Positions 18,605 through 28,929 of a stretch of DNA of 64,000 nt are shown in pieces. The translations under genes and the position numbers were made by a program. Each line of letters opens with the position of its first letter. Positions within the stretch are counted from its first letter, which is position 1. This DNA is from an uncultured Sphingobacteriaceae bacterium (lineage in GTDB: Bacteria; Bacteroidota; Bacteroidia; Sphingobacteriales; Sphingobacteriaceae), in assembly GCA_964423925.1 (NCBI GenBank), contig CAYRGQ010000008.1, forward strand, positions 3,033 to 67,032, in the 5' to 3' direction. The notes beneath the pieces were generated by a model. That model did no database searches. It saw nothing but the letters and a program-made list of their open reading frames with translations, and was not told the DNA's origin.

Positions 18605-19081
18605 ATGGTAAAGAATTTTCTAATGAATCTCCTGCTATCCTTTACATGGGTGGCGCTGACTGGGGATCTGTTTTTCGCCAACTTCTATCTGGGCTTCGTC
18701 TTGGGTTTCTTCATCCTATGGTTGATGAACCGTGACGAAGAAGACAAGCGCTATTTCAACCGCGTGCCCAAGGTGATAGGCTTCGTATTCTATTTTCTTT
18801 GGGAAATGCTTAAGGCAAACCTGCAGGTTGCCTATGACGTGGTTACTCCCAACTACTTCATGAAACCGGGTATTGTCAAATATCGGATGAACGTACATAC
18901 TGATGTCGAAATAAACATGCTGGCCACGATGATTTCGTTGACGCCCGGAACACTGGTTATTGACGTGAGCAAGGACAAACGGGTCATCTATATCCACGTA
19001 ATGTACCTGCGCGACAGGGACCGGTTTATCCGGCAAATAGAAAACAGTTTAGAAAAACGGTTAACAGACGTATTGAGATGA
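18605..19081 (+). CDS. mrpE: Cation/H+ antiporter subunit E
   Basis: 158-aa MnhE-like protein. Operon position. Confidence 0.85.
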   Translation: MVKNFLMNLLLSFTWVALTGDLFFANFYLGFVLGFFILWLMNRDEEDKRYFNRVPKVIGFVFYFLWEMLKANLQVAYDVVTPNYFMKPGIVKYRMNVHTDVEINMLATMISLTPGTLVIDVSKDKRVIYIHVMYLRDRDRFIRQIENSLEKRLTDVLR

Positions 19082-19353
19082 CACTGAGCCAATATATAGA
19101 TTTTGTGATTTTGCCGATTTTGCTGGTGTCGCTTGTACTGGTCTTCATCCGGCTATACAAGGGGCCCCAGGTGGTAGACCGCGTCATCGCACTCGACTTG
19201 CTGATCACGATTGGTATCGGAATCATTACGGTATATTCCATCAGCACAAAACAGTTTACCTTTTTGGACGTAGCGCTCATATTGGCGCTCATCGCATTTT
19301 TGGGAACGATTGCCTTCTCGTATTATTTAGAAAGGAAAGAAAAAGATGATTAA
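19078..19353 (+). CDS. mrpF: Cation/H+ antiporter subunit F
   Basis: 91-aa, three TM helices, DRVIALDLL motif. ATGA overlap with mrpE. Confidence 0.85.
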   Translation: MTLSQYIDFVILPILLVSLVLVFIRLYKGPQVVDRVIALDLLITIGIGIITVYSISTKQFTFLDVALILALIAFLGTIAFSYYLERKEKDD

Positions 19354-19771
19354 CATTCTCGTAGCTGTCCTCTGCACGATCGGAGCGATATTCATACTGA
19401 TTGCATCCATTGGCATCGTCCGGATGCCCGACTTCTACTTACGTCTTTCGGTCACGGTCAAGGCCGCCACGCTGGGCAATGGACTGATGCTCACCTGTTG
19501 CGCCATTGTGTTTCCCCAGGTGTCCGTGACCACCAAGGCGCTGGCCATCGTGTTCTTCTTGATCTTAACCGCGCCTGTAGCCGCGCATTTGATCGCACGA
19601 TCAGCCTATCTCATCGGCACTCCGCAATGGAAAGGCACCGTGTTGGACGAAATTGATGGAATGTATGACGAAGACACCCACGTACTGCACAGTGACCGCC
19701 CCGAGTCAGATACTCCGGCAAACGCGGACGTCCCCACGACGGATACACCGCCTGCGCCACCCGAACGTTGA
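19346..19771 (+). CDS. mrpG: Cation/H+ antiporter subunit G with Pro/Thr/Asp-rich C-terminal tail
   Basis: MnhG-like (MPDFYLRLSVTVKAATLG). About 40 extra low-complexity residues at the C-terminus. Confidence 0.85.
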   Translation: MINILVAVLCTIGAIFILIASIGIVRMPDFYLRLSVTVKAATLGNGLMLTCCAIVFPQVSVTTKALAIVFFLILTAPVAAHLIARSAYLIGTPQWKGTVLDEIDGMYDEDTHVLHSDRPESDTPANADVPTTDTPPAPPER

Positions 19772-19780
19772 TAAACAGAC

Positions 19781-21850
19781 CTATCGTACGACGCTACCTG
19801 GCCCAAAGGGCGTTTGGGGGGCCACGAAGTCCAACCGACCGTTAGCGTCCTCGCCCATGAGGATCATCCCCTGTGATTGGATTCCGCGGATCTCCCGGGG
19901 TTCCAAGTTGATGAGGATAGACACTTGCCGGCCAACGATATCCGCCGGGTCGAAATATTCGGCGATGCCTGATACCACCGTGCGCTGGTCAATACCGGTA
20001 TCAATTTTCAACTTCAACAGCTTCTTAGTCTTGGCGACCTTCTCTGCTTCCATGATGACGCCGGTGCGGATGTCGAGTTTCACGAAATCTTCGAAGGATA
20101 CCGCTTCCTTAGCAGGCGCTACGGACGTGGACGAAGCCGCTGTCGCGGTCTTCGCGCGTTGTAGCTTTTCTAGCTGCTGGGCAACTTGCTCGTCCGTAAT
20201 TTTCTCGAAAAGCAACTGCGCCTCGCCCAGCTGGTGCCCTACCGCGATTAAATCATCGCGTCCCGCAGATTCCCAATCGCTCACGTCCAACCGGAGCATC
20301 TGAGCGAGCTTCTTGGCGGTATTCGGCAGAAAGGGCTGAGCCATCAAAGCAATGTTACCCGCAATTTGAAGGCAGACGTTGAGCACTGTTTTCACCCGCT
20401 CTTCATCCGTTTTGATTAACTTCCACGGCTCAGCATCGGCCAAATACTTATTGCCCAAACGGGCGACGTTCATAAACTGCGCCAAGGCCTCACGAAAACG
20501 ATACTGCTCGATGGAACCGGCAATATGCTTTGGGTAGCGCGCGAGCTCCGAAAAAATGAACTTATCCGTATCAGTCAGGTTAGTCGCGGGCATTACCTTG
20601 CCGTCGAAGTACTTGTGCGATAACACCATCACCCGATTGATAAAGTTACCGAAGATGGCGACCAGCTCGTTATTGACCCGTGCCTGGAAATCCTTCCACG
20701 TGAACTCGCTATCCGAAGTTTCAGGCAAAATCGAAGTCAGTACATAGCGCAGTTCGTCCTGCTTGCCCGGAAATTCTTCCAAGTATTCGTGCAGCCACAC
20801 CGCGTGGTTTCGGGAGGTGGACAGCTTATCGCCTTCAAGGTTCAAAAACTCGTTGGCGGGAATGTTTTCGGGAAGTATATACTCGCCATGGGCATGCAGG
20901 ATGGCCGGGAATATGATACAATGAAACACGATATTGTCCTTGCCAATAAAGTGAATGAGACAGGCGTCGTCAGCGGAATCCGCTTGCTTTTTCCAGTATT
21001 TTTCCCAGTCATTGCCCGTGTCGAGCGCCCATTGCTTGGTGGCTGAGATGTAGCCTATCGGCGCATCCAACCATACGTAAAGCTTCTTGCCTTCGGCTTC
21101 GTCCAAGGGCACATCCACCCCCCAATCCAAGTCGCGTGTCATCGATCGTGGTTGCAGTCCGGATTTAAGCCAAGACCGGCATTGGCCGAACACGTTGGAT
21201 TTTAGCGTATCTTTTTTTCCTTCGATCAGCCATTCTTCCAGCCACGGCTGGTACTTGTCCAATGGCAGGTACCAATGCTTGGTTTCTCGGAGTACGGGTG
21301 CCTTGCCACTCAACGTCGAGATGGGGTTAATCAGGTCGGTCGGGCTCAGCGAGGTTCCGCATTTCTCGCACTGGTCACCATAAGCGCCCTCGCTTTTGCA
21401 GCTGGGGCAGGTACCGACGATGTACCGGTCAGCCAGAAATTGCTGGTACTCCTCGTCGTAATATTGCTCGGAAAACTTCTCGATAAACTCGCCTTTCTCG
21501 TACAGGTTGAGAAAAAAGTCTTGCGATAATTCGTGGTGTATCGATTCAGAAGTACGGTGGTATATGTCGAATGAAATACCGAACTCCTCAAAGCTGGACT
21601 TGATACGGGCGTGGTACTGGTCAATGATTTCGCGGGGGGTCGTTCCCTCGGTTTTTGCCTTAATAGTGATCGCGGCCCCGTGTTCATCCGACCCGCATAC
21701 GTAAACAACATCTTTTTTGTTCAACCGCAAGTAACGCACAAACGTGTCCGCAGGAATGTAGGCACCGGCGAGGTGACCAATGTGCAGGGGACCGTTAGCA
21801 TAAGGGAGTGCGGAAGTGATCGTATATCGTCTAAAAGCTTTTGTATCCAA
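19781..21850 (-). CDS. metG: Methionyl-tRNA synthetase with C-terminal tRNA-binding domain
   Basis: HIGH-type motif ([11 protein letters not shown]), KMSKS variant (KLSTS), zinc knuckles CPSC...CEKCG. 689 aa. Confidence 0.97.
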   Translation of the reverse strand: MDTKAFRRYTITSALPYANGPLHIGHLAGAYIPADTFVRYLRLNKKDVVYVCGSDEHGAAITIKAKTEGTTPREIIDQYHARIKSSFEEFGISFDIYHRTSESIHHELSQDFFLNLYEKGEFIEKFSEQYYDEEYQQFLADRYIVGTCPSCKSEGAYGDQCEKCGTSLSPTDLINPISTLSGKAPVLRETKHWYLPLDKYQPWLEEWLIEGKKDTLKSNVFGQCRSWLKSGLQPRSMTRDLDWGVDVPLDEAEGKKLYVWLDAPIGYISATKQWALDTGNDWEKYWKKQADSADDACLIHFIGKDNIVFHCIIFPAILHAHGEYILPENIPANEFLNLEGDKLSTSRNHAVWLHEYLEEFPGKQDELRYVLTSILPETSDSEFTWKDFQARVNNELVAIFGNFINRVMVLSHKYFDGKVMPATNLTDTDKFIFSELARYPKHIAGSIEQYRFREALAQFMNVARLGNKYLADAEPWKLIKTDEERVKTVLNVCLQIAGNIALMAQPFLPNTAKKLAQMLRLDVSDWESAGRDDLIAVGHQLGEAQLLFEKITDEQVAQQLEKLQRAKTATAASSTSVAPAKEAVSFEDFVKLDIRTGVIMEAEKVAKTKKLLKLKIDTGIDQRTVVSGIAEYFDPADIVGRQVSILINLEPREIRGIQSQGMILMGEDANGRLDFVAPQTPFGPGSVVR

Positions 21851-21912
21851 AATCGTGGTGGTATGTATTCGAATTCATTGGCGGAAAATGTTCCCGCCAT
21901 TTGCATTTTTGC

Positions 21913-21920
21913 CAAAGATA
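21913..21920 (-). promoter_or_regulatory. Candidate -7 box (TATCTTTG on minus strand) for metG
   Basis: Exact TAnnTTTG match, 63 nt upstream of ATG 21850. Confidence 0.3.
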
Positions 21921-22013
21921 AACCAATTTGGGAGAAATTTTGAGCGCTCGTATTTTTTCGCTTTTACTTTTTTCGGCTGCACGGGCCTGCTCAATTCAAC
22001 TCAACGAATCATT

Positions 22014-22424
22014 ATGGCGGCATTAGCGGCATTGGGAAAATTTAAGAATACGGGATTGTTGATTATTCGCCTGGGATTAGGCGCCATGTTCGTCATCGTG
22101 CACGGGTATCCCAAGATTATGGGCGGACCCGGCCTATGGGAAACCATTGGACGCGCCATGGGCAACTTAGGCGTTGACTTTTTCGCCACGTTTTGGGGGT
22201 TTGTGGCGGCTCTCGCCGAAACCATCGGTGGCATCTTCATCGCCTTGGGCCTGCTGTTCCGCCCCACGGCCTTCGTGCTTGCCTTAATCATGCTCGTAGC
22301 GGCCATGTCGCATTTAGCGAATGGAGCGGGCCTGTTTGGCGCGGCACACCCCATTGAAGTGGGTATCGTCTTGCTCGGACTGGCACTCGTAGGACCCGGC
22401 AAGTACAGCGTTGACAAACGATAA
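22014..22424 (+). CDS. DoxX-family membrane protein
   Basis: MAALAALGKFKNTGLLIIRLGLGAMFVIVHGYPK. The 5' extension of the 202-aa ORF overlaps the metG promoter region and is not protein-like. Confidence 0.8.
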   Translation: MAALAALGKFKNTGLLIIRLGLGAMFVIVHGYPKIMGGPGLWETIGRAMGNLGVDFFATFWGFVAALAETIGGIFIALGLLFRPTAFVLALIMLVAAMSHLANGAGLFGAAHPIEVGIVLLGLALVGPGKYSVDKR

Positions 22425-22430
22425 TTAGTC

Positions 22431-23087
22431 ATGGATAAGCTGGTAGATTTCAAGGAAGTGGCCGCGCACCTTGCCAACCCCATCGGCGACATGGGGCGCT
22501 CCGTGGGCCAACAGATGAACCGCAGCAACGGCGAAATGACTCGCCGAGCAATAGATTTACTTGGTATTCAAAGGGGAGACACTGTACTGGAAATAGGACC
22601 TGGCAATGGCGCCTTTGCCGCCTACGTCACGGACAAGGCTGCTGACGTACGGTATACAGGCGCCGACATCTCCGCAACGATGGTGGAAGAGGCCACACGC
22701 ATCCATCGCGAGGCAATCTCCGAGGGACGGATGGCTTTTTCGCTCGTGGACGGAGAGACGCTGACTTTCGGCGATGCTACTTTCGACAAAATCTTTACCG
22801 TCAACACCCTGTATTTCTGGGACGCGCCCGAGCGGCAGTTGTCCGAAATTCGGCGGGTACTCCGCCCGTCGGGTATCTTCTGCCTGGCCATCGCGAGCAA
22901 AGCGTTCATGGAAACCATGCCGTTTTCGACATATGGATTCCGACTGTACTCCGCCGAAGAAGCCAGCCAATTGCTTGCCAACAATGGGTTTACGATAGAG
23001 CAGACGGTCGTAGGCGATTATGAGACGATCGGACAAGCTGGTCCCGTAGTACGCGAGGAAATCACTATTCGCACACGAATACACTGA
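22431..23087 (+). CDS. Class I SAM-dependent methyltransferase
   Basis: Motif I VLEIGPGNG. 218 aa. Confidence 0.85.
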   Translation: MDKLVDFKEVAAHLANPIGDMGRSVGQQMNRSNGEMTRRAIDLLGIQRGDTVLEIGPGNGAFAAYVTDKAADVRYTGADISATMVEEATRIHREAISEGRMAFSLVDGETLTFGDATFDKIFTVNTLYFWDAPERQLSEIRRVLRPSGIFCLAIASKAFMETMPFSTYGFRLYSAEEASQLLANNGFTIEQTVVGDYETIGQAGPVVREEITIRTRIH

Positions 23088-23135
23088 AGACCAACACGTT
23101 TGTAAATCAACAAACTATTATCGATATTTGCCTCC

Positions 23136-23250
23136 GCTTATTGAGAAAGGCAGAGGGAGTAGACCCTGTGAAGCCTTAGCAACCTGTTAACCTAACAAGG
23201 TGCTACCTTCTACCCGATGGCAAACACATTCGCCACAGGGAAAGATAAGT
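23136..23250 (+). promoter_or_regulatory. SAM-I (S-box) riboswitch aptamer upstream of metF
   Basis: P1 CTTAT/ATAAG (23137-23141 with 23245-23249). Conserved core GAGAAAGGCAGAGGGA..GACCC..GAAGCC..GCAACC..GGTGCTA..GGGAAAGATAAG. Confidence 0.85.
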
Positions 23251-23311
23251 CCGAATGGCCGTTACCCGCCCTTCTCCGCCCCTCAATCAGTGATTTTTAG
23301 TATAAACGACT

Positions 23312-24268
23312 ATGAAAATTACCGAACATATCCGGCGTGCCCAGGGCAAGACCTTGTTTTCTTTTGAGCTGCTGCCTCCCGTGAAAGGCCAAAGCATCGA
23401 TCATATTTACAACACGATCGATGCCTTGATGGAGTTTCAACCGCCCTTTATCGACGTTACCTATCACCGTGAGGACTACATCTACAAACAGCATCCCACC
23501 GGCCTATTGGAGCGCGTAGCCTACCGCAAGCGCCCCGGAACGGTGGCCATCTGCGCGGCAATCATGAACCGGTACAAAGTGGACGCGGTGCCCCACCTAA
23601 TTTGCGGAGGGTTTACTAAAGAAGAAACCGAGAATGCCTTGATTGACCTCAACTTCCTAGGGATCGACAACGTCCTCGTGCTGCGAGGGGACGCTCGAAA
23701 AGCGGATACCGATTTCGTGCCCACCCCCGGCGGACACACCTATGCAACGGACTTGTTAGCCCATGTAAAAGACATGAACAGCGGGCGGTACTTGCATGAA
23801 GATATTGAAGGTTGCACCAAAACGGATTTTTGTATTGGCGTGGCAGGCTATCCGGAGAAACACTTCGAAAGCCCAAATTTTCAGACGGACTTCAAATACC
23901 TGAAGAAAAAAATTGACATGGGTGCCGACTTCATAGTTACCCAAATGTTTTTTGACAACAGCAAATACAAAGCATTCGTGGAGCAATGCCGAGCCCATGG
24001 TATCAATGTGCCCATCATCCCGGGCCTGAAGCCAATCACTTCGGCCCGCCAACTGATTTCATTGCCCAAGATCTTCCATATTGACATTCCGCTGGAGCTG
24101 AGCGAGGCGGTATCGGCGTGTACATCTGCCGAAGCGGTCCGGCAAGTAGGTATCGAATGGATGGTGCAGCAATGCAAGGAACTAGTTGAGATGGGCGCCC
24201 CCGTCCTGCATTTTTACACGATGGGCAATCCGGGACCTACTAAACAGATTGCCAGTCAGATTTTTTAG
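23312..24268 (+). CDS. metF: Methylenetetrahydrofolate reductase
   Basis: FSFELLPP N-terminal motif, 318 aa. Preceded by the SAM riboswitch. Confidence 0.95.
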   Translation: MKITEHIRRAQGKTLFSFELLPPVKGQSIDHIYNTIDALMEFQPPFIDVTYHREDYIYKQHPTGLLERVAYRKRPGTVAICAAIMNRYKVDAVPHLICGGFTKEETENALIDLNFLGIDNVLVLRGDARKADTDFVPTPGGHTYATDLLAHVKDMNSGRYLHEDIEGCTKTDFCIGVAGYPEKHFESPNFQTDFKYLKKKIDMGADFIVTQMFFDNSKYKAFVEQCRAHGINVPIIPGLKPITSARQLISLPKIFHIDIPLELSEAVSACTSAEAVRQVGIEWMVQQCKELVEMGAPVLHFYTMGNPGPTKQIASQIF

Positions 24269-24286
24269 CCCCTATCCCAACCGGAT

Positions 24287-26548
24287 CTAATAAACGACAA
24301 CTTCGTCGGCCAAAAGAAAGCCGGAACGTGCCGGAGGCGCGATAATTCGCAGATAGCGGGCGGCTACGGGCTCGTCAAACTCCTGTTCAAACCGATGGAA
24401 TACGAGACGTGCGTCATCGGGCGAGACGTTGTGCCCGATGGTGGCGACTTCTCTGAAGTTCGTACCGTTGTCAGACAGCAGCACCTTGACCGTCCCCGGC
24501 AAGAAGATGCCCCGATCGGACTCCTGCATGAACCCGACTGCAACTTGGCTAAGCTGTTCGCGTCGCTCGAAATCAATGACGACATCAAAGTCTCCCAGAA
24601 AACCCTGCCATTGCCCATCGCCATACCGCAATCCGCCTTTCTGGCCGTTCGTCAATGTCGCCTCTGCTTGCGCAGCGTAGGTATCCCACGGCGTATGGTA
24701 CGTTACTTTCTTACCAATAGCCTTATGGAGGTCGACCGTGGCAGAATCAACCGCTCCTACTTGCACCGAATCCATGAAATAAGCAGCCTTGATGACGGTG
24801 CTGGCTGCCAGGTCGAAAGGTTTACTGTAGAGCGGCGAGGCGGCTGTAGGTTCCGTGCCGTCCACGGTATAGCGAATGGTTGGCTCGTATTGCTCGGAGC
24901 TGATCGAGACGGTATTATTGTGGCTATCGGGATTATACTGCACATTCACTTTCGCATCAAACGCGGGCCGGTAATAGTTCACGCCCAAACGTTGCAATAG
25001 ACGATAGTGCGCTTGCAGCCTGGTTCGGAAATCTTGGTAATCCTTCCTATCTGGGTTGGTCCACAGTAGTTCGGACAGTGCCATCGCGCGAGGGAAAGCC
25101 ATATACTCGGCGTGTGCAGGCGTCGGTATATGTTCCGTCCACAAGTTCCCCTGCGCCCCTAATACGTGCTGCACTTTGTCGCCTGCCACTCCTTCCCGCG
25201 GGTTGTACTTGTAGACGTGCTCCAGGGTCGTATAACCCCCTATAGCCCGGGGTTGCGTGCGCGGATCGCTCTGGTAATAATCGAAGTACAAATGGGATTC
25301 AGGCGTCATAACCACGTTATGGCCAGCATTGGCCGCCGCTATACCCTGTGCCTGTCCTCGCCATGCCATCACGGTGGCGCCCGCCGGCAGCCCTCCCTCC
25401 ATGATCTCGTCCCAGCCAATCAGCTTTCTCCCTTTCGCCTTCAGGTGCGCATCTATTCGGCTGATAAAATGACTCTGCAACGCCGCTTCGTTAGCTAGGC
25501 CCAGCGAGTCTTTCAGGCCTTGACATTTGGGGCAAGCCTTCCAGCTCGTCGTGTCCGCTTCGTCGCCTCCAATGTGGATATAGGGCGAAGGGAACAATTC
25601 GATCACTTCGTCAAGTACGCCGAAGAGGAAGGTGTAGGTTTGTTCGTTGCCGACGCAAAACTCGGCATGGTGATAAGGATGACCGGAGCAGCTCAACTCG
25701 GGATGTACGGCCAACACGGCATCGGCATGGCCCGGCATGTCGATTTCTGGAATAATGGTAATTCCCTTGCCCCGGGCATATTCGACGAGCTCGCGCACTT
25801 CCTGCTGGGTATAGAAACCGCCGTGGGCATTGGGATGCCCTGCGTCTACATAAAGACGGCCGTTGGCCTTCCAGTCTGCCCAAGCGTAGTGCGTACGCCA
25901 GGCTGCGCGTTGGGTGAGTTCCGGATATTGATGGATCTGCAAGCGCCACCCACCATCGTCAGTTAAGTGCCAATGGAAGTGATTGAACTTGTAAATCGCC
26001 ATTAAGTCGATATACTTCTTCAGAAAGGAGACGGGGAAGAAATGCCGCGATACGTCCAAATGCAAACCCCGATATCCATAGGCCGGCTTGTCTTCAATGC
26101 TGACCCGGGGGATGACGTTATAAAAATCTTGGAGGTAGGAAAGCTGCAATAGGGTCATAAACCCGCTCACGATCGCCTGCTCGTCGTGGCCTATGAGTTG
26201 AATCCCCGTTGAATCGACCTGCAACCGATAAGCGCCCTGCGCTACGGGGTACGCGGCGTGCGCCTTAATAATCCGGATCCCCTCCTGCGGAATCCGCTTG
26301 ATATTGCGTATACCCACTACGGTAATGGAATCGACACCAGGCAACTGCCTGAAAATGGTGGCCGTAGCGGCAAACTCCTCCGAAGCGTGCACATCCACGA
26401 TCGTAGGGATTAGGTAAGTTCCTTCGGATACAACCACGTGGTTAGGCTTAGGGATGAGCGGGATCTCGGACTGGGAGAAAGTGAAGCGCGGCAAAAAAAG
26501 CAATGTACTGACAATGTGCCAAAGAAAAACGAGGTGCAGTTGTTTCAT
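24287..26548 (-). CDS. Secreted GH20 beta-N-acetylhexosaminidase with C-terminal discoidin (F5/8 type C)-like domain
   Basis: Signal peptide. GH20 catalytic region (HLDVSRHF..., HIGGDE). C-terminal ~150 aa beta-sandwich-like. Confidence 0.88.
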   Translation of the reverse strand: MKQLHLVFLWHIVSTLLFLPRFTFSQSEIPLIPKPNHVVVSEGTYLIPTIVDVHASEEFAATATIFRQLPGVDSITVVGIRNIKRIPQEGIRIIKAHAAYPVAQGAYRLQVDSTGIQLIGHDEQAIVSGFMTLLQLSYLQDFYNVIPRVSIEDKPAYGYRGLHLDVSRHFFPVSFLKKYIDLMAIYKFNHFHWHLTDDGGWRLQIHQYPELTQRAAWRTHYAWADWKANGRLYVDAGHPNAHGGFYTQQEVRELVEYARGKGITIIPEIDMPGHADAVLAVHPELSCSGHPYHHAEFCVGNEQTYTFLFGVLDEVIELFPSPYIHIGGDEADTTSWKACPKCQGLKDSLGLANEAALQSHFISRIDAHLKAKGRKLIGWDEIMEGGLPAGATVMAWRGQAQGIAAANAGHNVVMTPESHLYFDYYQSDPRTQPRAIGGYTTLEHVYKYNPREGVAGDKVQHVLGAQGNLWTEHIPTPAHAEYMAFPRAMALSELLWTNPDRKDYQDFRTRLQAHYRLLQRLGVNYYRPAFDAKVNVQYNPDSHNNTVSISSEQYEPTIRYTVDGTEPTAASPLYSKPFDLAASTVIKAAYFMDSVQVGAVDSATVDLHKAIGKKVTYHTPWDTYAAQAEATLTNGQKGGLRYGDGQWQGFLGDFDVVIDFERREQLSQVAVGFMQESDRGIFLPGTVKVLLSDNGTNFREVATIGHNVSPDDARLVFHRFEQEFDEPVAARYLRIIAPPARSGFLLADEVVVY

Positions 26549-26576
26549 AACATGGCCGGTTTGAGCTGGTACCTAA

Positions 26577-26584
26577 CAAAAATA
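26577..26584 (-). promoter_or_regulatory. Candidate -7 box (TATTTTTG on minus strand) for the GH20 gene
   Basis: Exact TAnnTTTG match, 29 nt upstream of ATG 26548. Confidence 0.3.
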
Positions 26585-26742
26585 GGTAATATCCGGGGCT
26601 TAAGCAATACACGCGCAGCACCGAATGTAACGAATATATGGCGTTTTCGTTCAGGCAACATGCCGTATCAGCTGGCAAGGACTCCTCCAATTTTTGATAT
26701 TCGCTCAACAAAACCCGCCCCCCAACTCTCAATATTAATCGC

Positions 26743-26750
26743 TAACTTTG
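26743..26750 (+). promoter_or_regulatory. Candidate -7 box TAACTTTG, 5 nt before the lipA ATG
   Basis: Exact TAnnTTTG match. Implies a leaderless mRNA, or use of the next ATG (26788). Confidence 0.3.
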
Positions 26751-26754
26751 TAGT

Positions 26755-27660
26755 ATGATTGAACTACCGGTTATTCCCGCCAACCAGATGCAGCGCAAGC
26801 CAGACTGGCTTCGTGTCAAATTGCCCGTAGGAAAAGAGTACAGGCACGTCCGCAACCTCGTGGACGAGCATAGGCTCCATACAATCTGCGAAAGTGGCAA
26901 TTGCCCGAATATGGGCGAATGCTGGGGCGCAGGGACCGCTACATTCATGATTTTGGGCAACATCTGCACGCGCTCTTGCTCATTTTGCGCGGTTGCTACT
27001 GGTCGACCACATGCGGTGGACTGGGACGAGCCCGAACGCGTGGCCCGATCGGTCAAGTTGATGGAAGTGAAGCACTGCGTGATTACGTCGGTAGACCGCG
27101 ACGACCTAAAAGACGGCGGCTCAATCATCTGGGCCGAAACAGTTAAGGCCATCCGGCGCGAAAGCCCCGGCACCACGCTTGAGACGCTAATCCCCGACTT
27201 TAAAGGGCAATGGGAAAACCTCGACCGCGTGATAGCGGTGCGTCCGGAAGTGGTTTCGCATAACCTAGAAACGGTTCGTCGCCTCACGCGAGAAGTACGC
27301 ATCCAAGCCAAGTACGACCGTAGCTTAGAGTGCTTGCGGCGGATTTCGGCTGCGGGCCTGCGGACCAAATCCGGCATTATGCTCGGTTTTGGCGAAACCG
27401 AAGCCGACGTCATCGAAGCCATGACTGACCTTCGCGAGGCAGGGGTGCATATCCTCACCCTAGGCCAATACCTACAACCCACCAAGGCCCACCACCCTGT
27501 CGTGGAGTGGGTGACCCCCCAGCAGTTTAAGCGCTATCAAGAGATTGGCTTAGAGATGGGCTTTAACTACGTCGAAAGCGGTCCATTGGTGCGGTCCTCC
27601 TACCATGCTGAAAAGCATCTTTTTGACATGCAGCCCTCGGCTAGCGAAACAGTTAGTTAA
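26755..27660 (+). CDS. lipA: Lipoyl synthase
   Basis: [10 protein letters not shown]; radical-SAM CTRSCSFC and N-terminal [12 protein letters not shown] clusters. Confidence 0.96.
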   Translation: MIELPVIPANQMQRKPDWLRVKLPVGKEYRHVRNLVDEHRLHTICESGNCPNMGECWGAGTATFMILGNICTRSCSFCAVATGRPHAVDWDEPERVARSVKLMEVKHCVITSVDRDDLKDGGSIIWAETVKAIRRESPGTTLETLIPDFKGQWENLDRVIAVRPEVVSHNLETVRRLTREVRIQAKYDRSLECLRRISAAGLRTKSGIMLGFGETEADVIEAMTDLREAGVHILTLGQYLQPTKAHHPVVEWVTPQQFKRYQEIGLEMGFNYVESGPLVRSSYHAEKHLFDMQPSASETVS

Positions 27661-27742
27661 TTCGCCGACCTCGTAGCGCCGCTCCCTTTCTTTTATCCAA
27701 GATTTTTAGCGCGTTGCTTTGCATTTCGCAGTCATTTTTGTG

Positions 27743-27750
27743 TAAGTTTG
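27743..27750 (+). promoter_or_regulatory. Candidate -7 box TAAGTTTG for the nucleotide-sugar operon
   Basis: Exact TAnnTTTG match, 196 nt upstream of ATG 27946. Abuts the palindrome CCAGCTAGCTGG (27752-27763). Confidence 0.3.
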
Positions 27751-27945
27751 TCCAGCTAGCTGGCAAACGAACGCGCGCAAGCATCGCGGCATCGCAGGGC
27801 TTATCCAAGCGACCGCCGATACACCACACGTCCTCATGCATCATGGGATTGTCGGCTACGCAATATACCAAAGTTTGGAGAACCCCAAAGCACGGGTAAC
27901 GAAGCGTCGCGGACGTGAAAGGCACTTAACTTAACCTAACTATAT

Positions 27946-28929
27946 ATGTCACGAAAACGCATTCTCATTACGGGCGCGGCCGGATTTTTGGGATCCCACC
28001 TCTGCGACCGTTTCATCAAGGAAGACTACCACGTAATCGGCATGGACAACCTGATTACCGGTGATTTGCGCAATATTGAGCACCTTTTCAAGCTTGAGAA
28101 CTTCGAGTTTTACCACCACGACGTTTCCACGTTTGTATTCGTGCCGGGTAGGCTGGACTACATTCTCCACTTCGCGTCGCCGGCCAGCCCCATCGATTAC
28201 CTAAAGATCCCGATACAAACCCTCAAAGTGGGCTCATTGGGTACGCACAACCTGCTGGGCTTGGCGCGGGCCAAAGGGTCACGCATCCTCGTAGCCTCCA
28301 CCTCCGAGGTATATGGCGACCCTACCGTGAGTCCGCAGCCCGAAGAATATTGGGGCAACGTCAATCCCGTGGGACCCCGTGGCGTATACGATGAGGCAAA
28401 GCGTTTCCAGGAGGCCATGACCATGGCCTACCACACGTTCCACGGTTTGGAAACCCGCATCGTGCGTATTTTCAATACGTATGGCCCACGCATGCGGCTG
28501 AACGACGGGCGCGTATTGCCTGCGTTCGTGGGACAAGCCCTCCGTGGCGAAGATCTGACCGTATTCGGTGATGGATCGCAAACCCGTTCCTTTTGCTATG
28601 TGGACGATCAAGTGGAAGGCATCTACAGGCTCTTGCATAGCGACTACCCCCTGCCGATTAACATTGGGAACCCAGACGAAATCACCATCAAGCAATTTGG
28701 CGAGGAAATCATCAAGTTGACCGGCACCAGCCAAAAACTGGTTTACAAGGAACTACCCGTGGATGACCCCAAACAACGGCGCCCAGACATCAGTAAAGCA
28801 ACGGAAATACTCGGATGGGAACCCAAAGTAGGACGCGAAGAGGGCCTACGCATCACGTACGAATATTTCAAATCCCTGCCTGTACAGGAGATAGAGCATA
28901 AAGATTTCACCTACTACAACAAAAAATAA
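27946..28929 (+). CDS. UDP-glucuronate decarboxylase (UDP-xylose synthase), SDR family
   Basis: [18 protein letters not shown] catalytic motif. Strong resemblance to UXS proteins ([19 protein letters not shown]). Confidence 0.88.
   Translation: MSRKRILITGAAGFLGSHLCDRFIKEDYHVIGMDNLITGDLRNIEHLFKLENFEFYHHDVSTFVFVPGRLDYILHFASPASPIDYLKIPIQTLKVGSLGTHNLLGLARAKGSRILVASTSEVYGDPTVSPQPEEYWGNVNPVGPRGVYDEAKRFQEAMTMAYHTFHGLETRIVRIFNTYGPRMRLNDGRVLPAFVGQALRGEDLTVFGDGSQTRSFCYVDDQVEGIYRLLHSDYPLPINIGNPDEITIKQFGEEIIKLTGTSQKLVYKELPVDDPKQRRPDISKATEILGWEPKVGREEGLRITYEYFKSLPVQEIEHKDFTYYNKK

Noticed and set aside
26742-27485. A 247-aa ORF antisense to lipA. Similar long antisense or alternative-frame ORFs occur at 6071-6622, 11184-11894, 14776-15567, 19653-20303, 34683-35345, 42518-43078, 52426-53124 and 56557-57249.
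   Set aside because: All lie fully inside confidently identified genes on the other strand or frame. They have Arg/Ser/Pro-rich, low-complexity translations typical of shadow ORFs in moderately GC-rich DNA, and they show no recognisable motifs.
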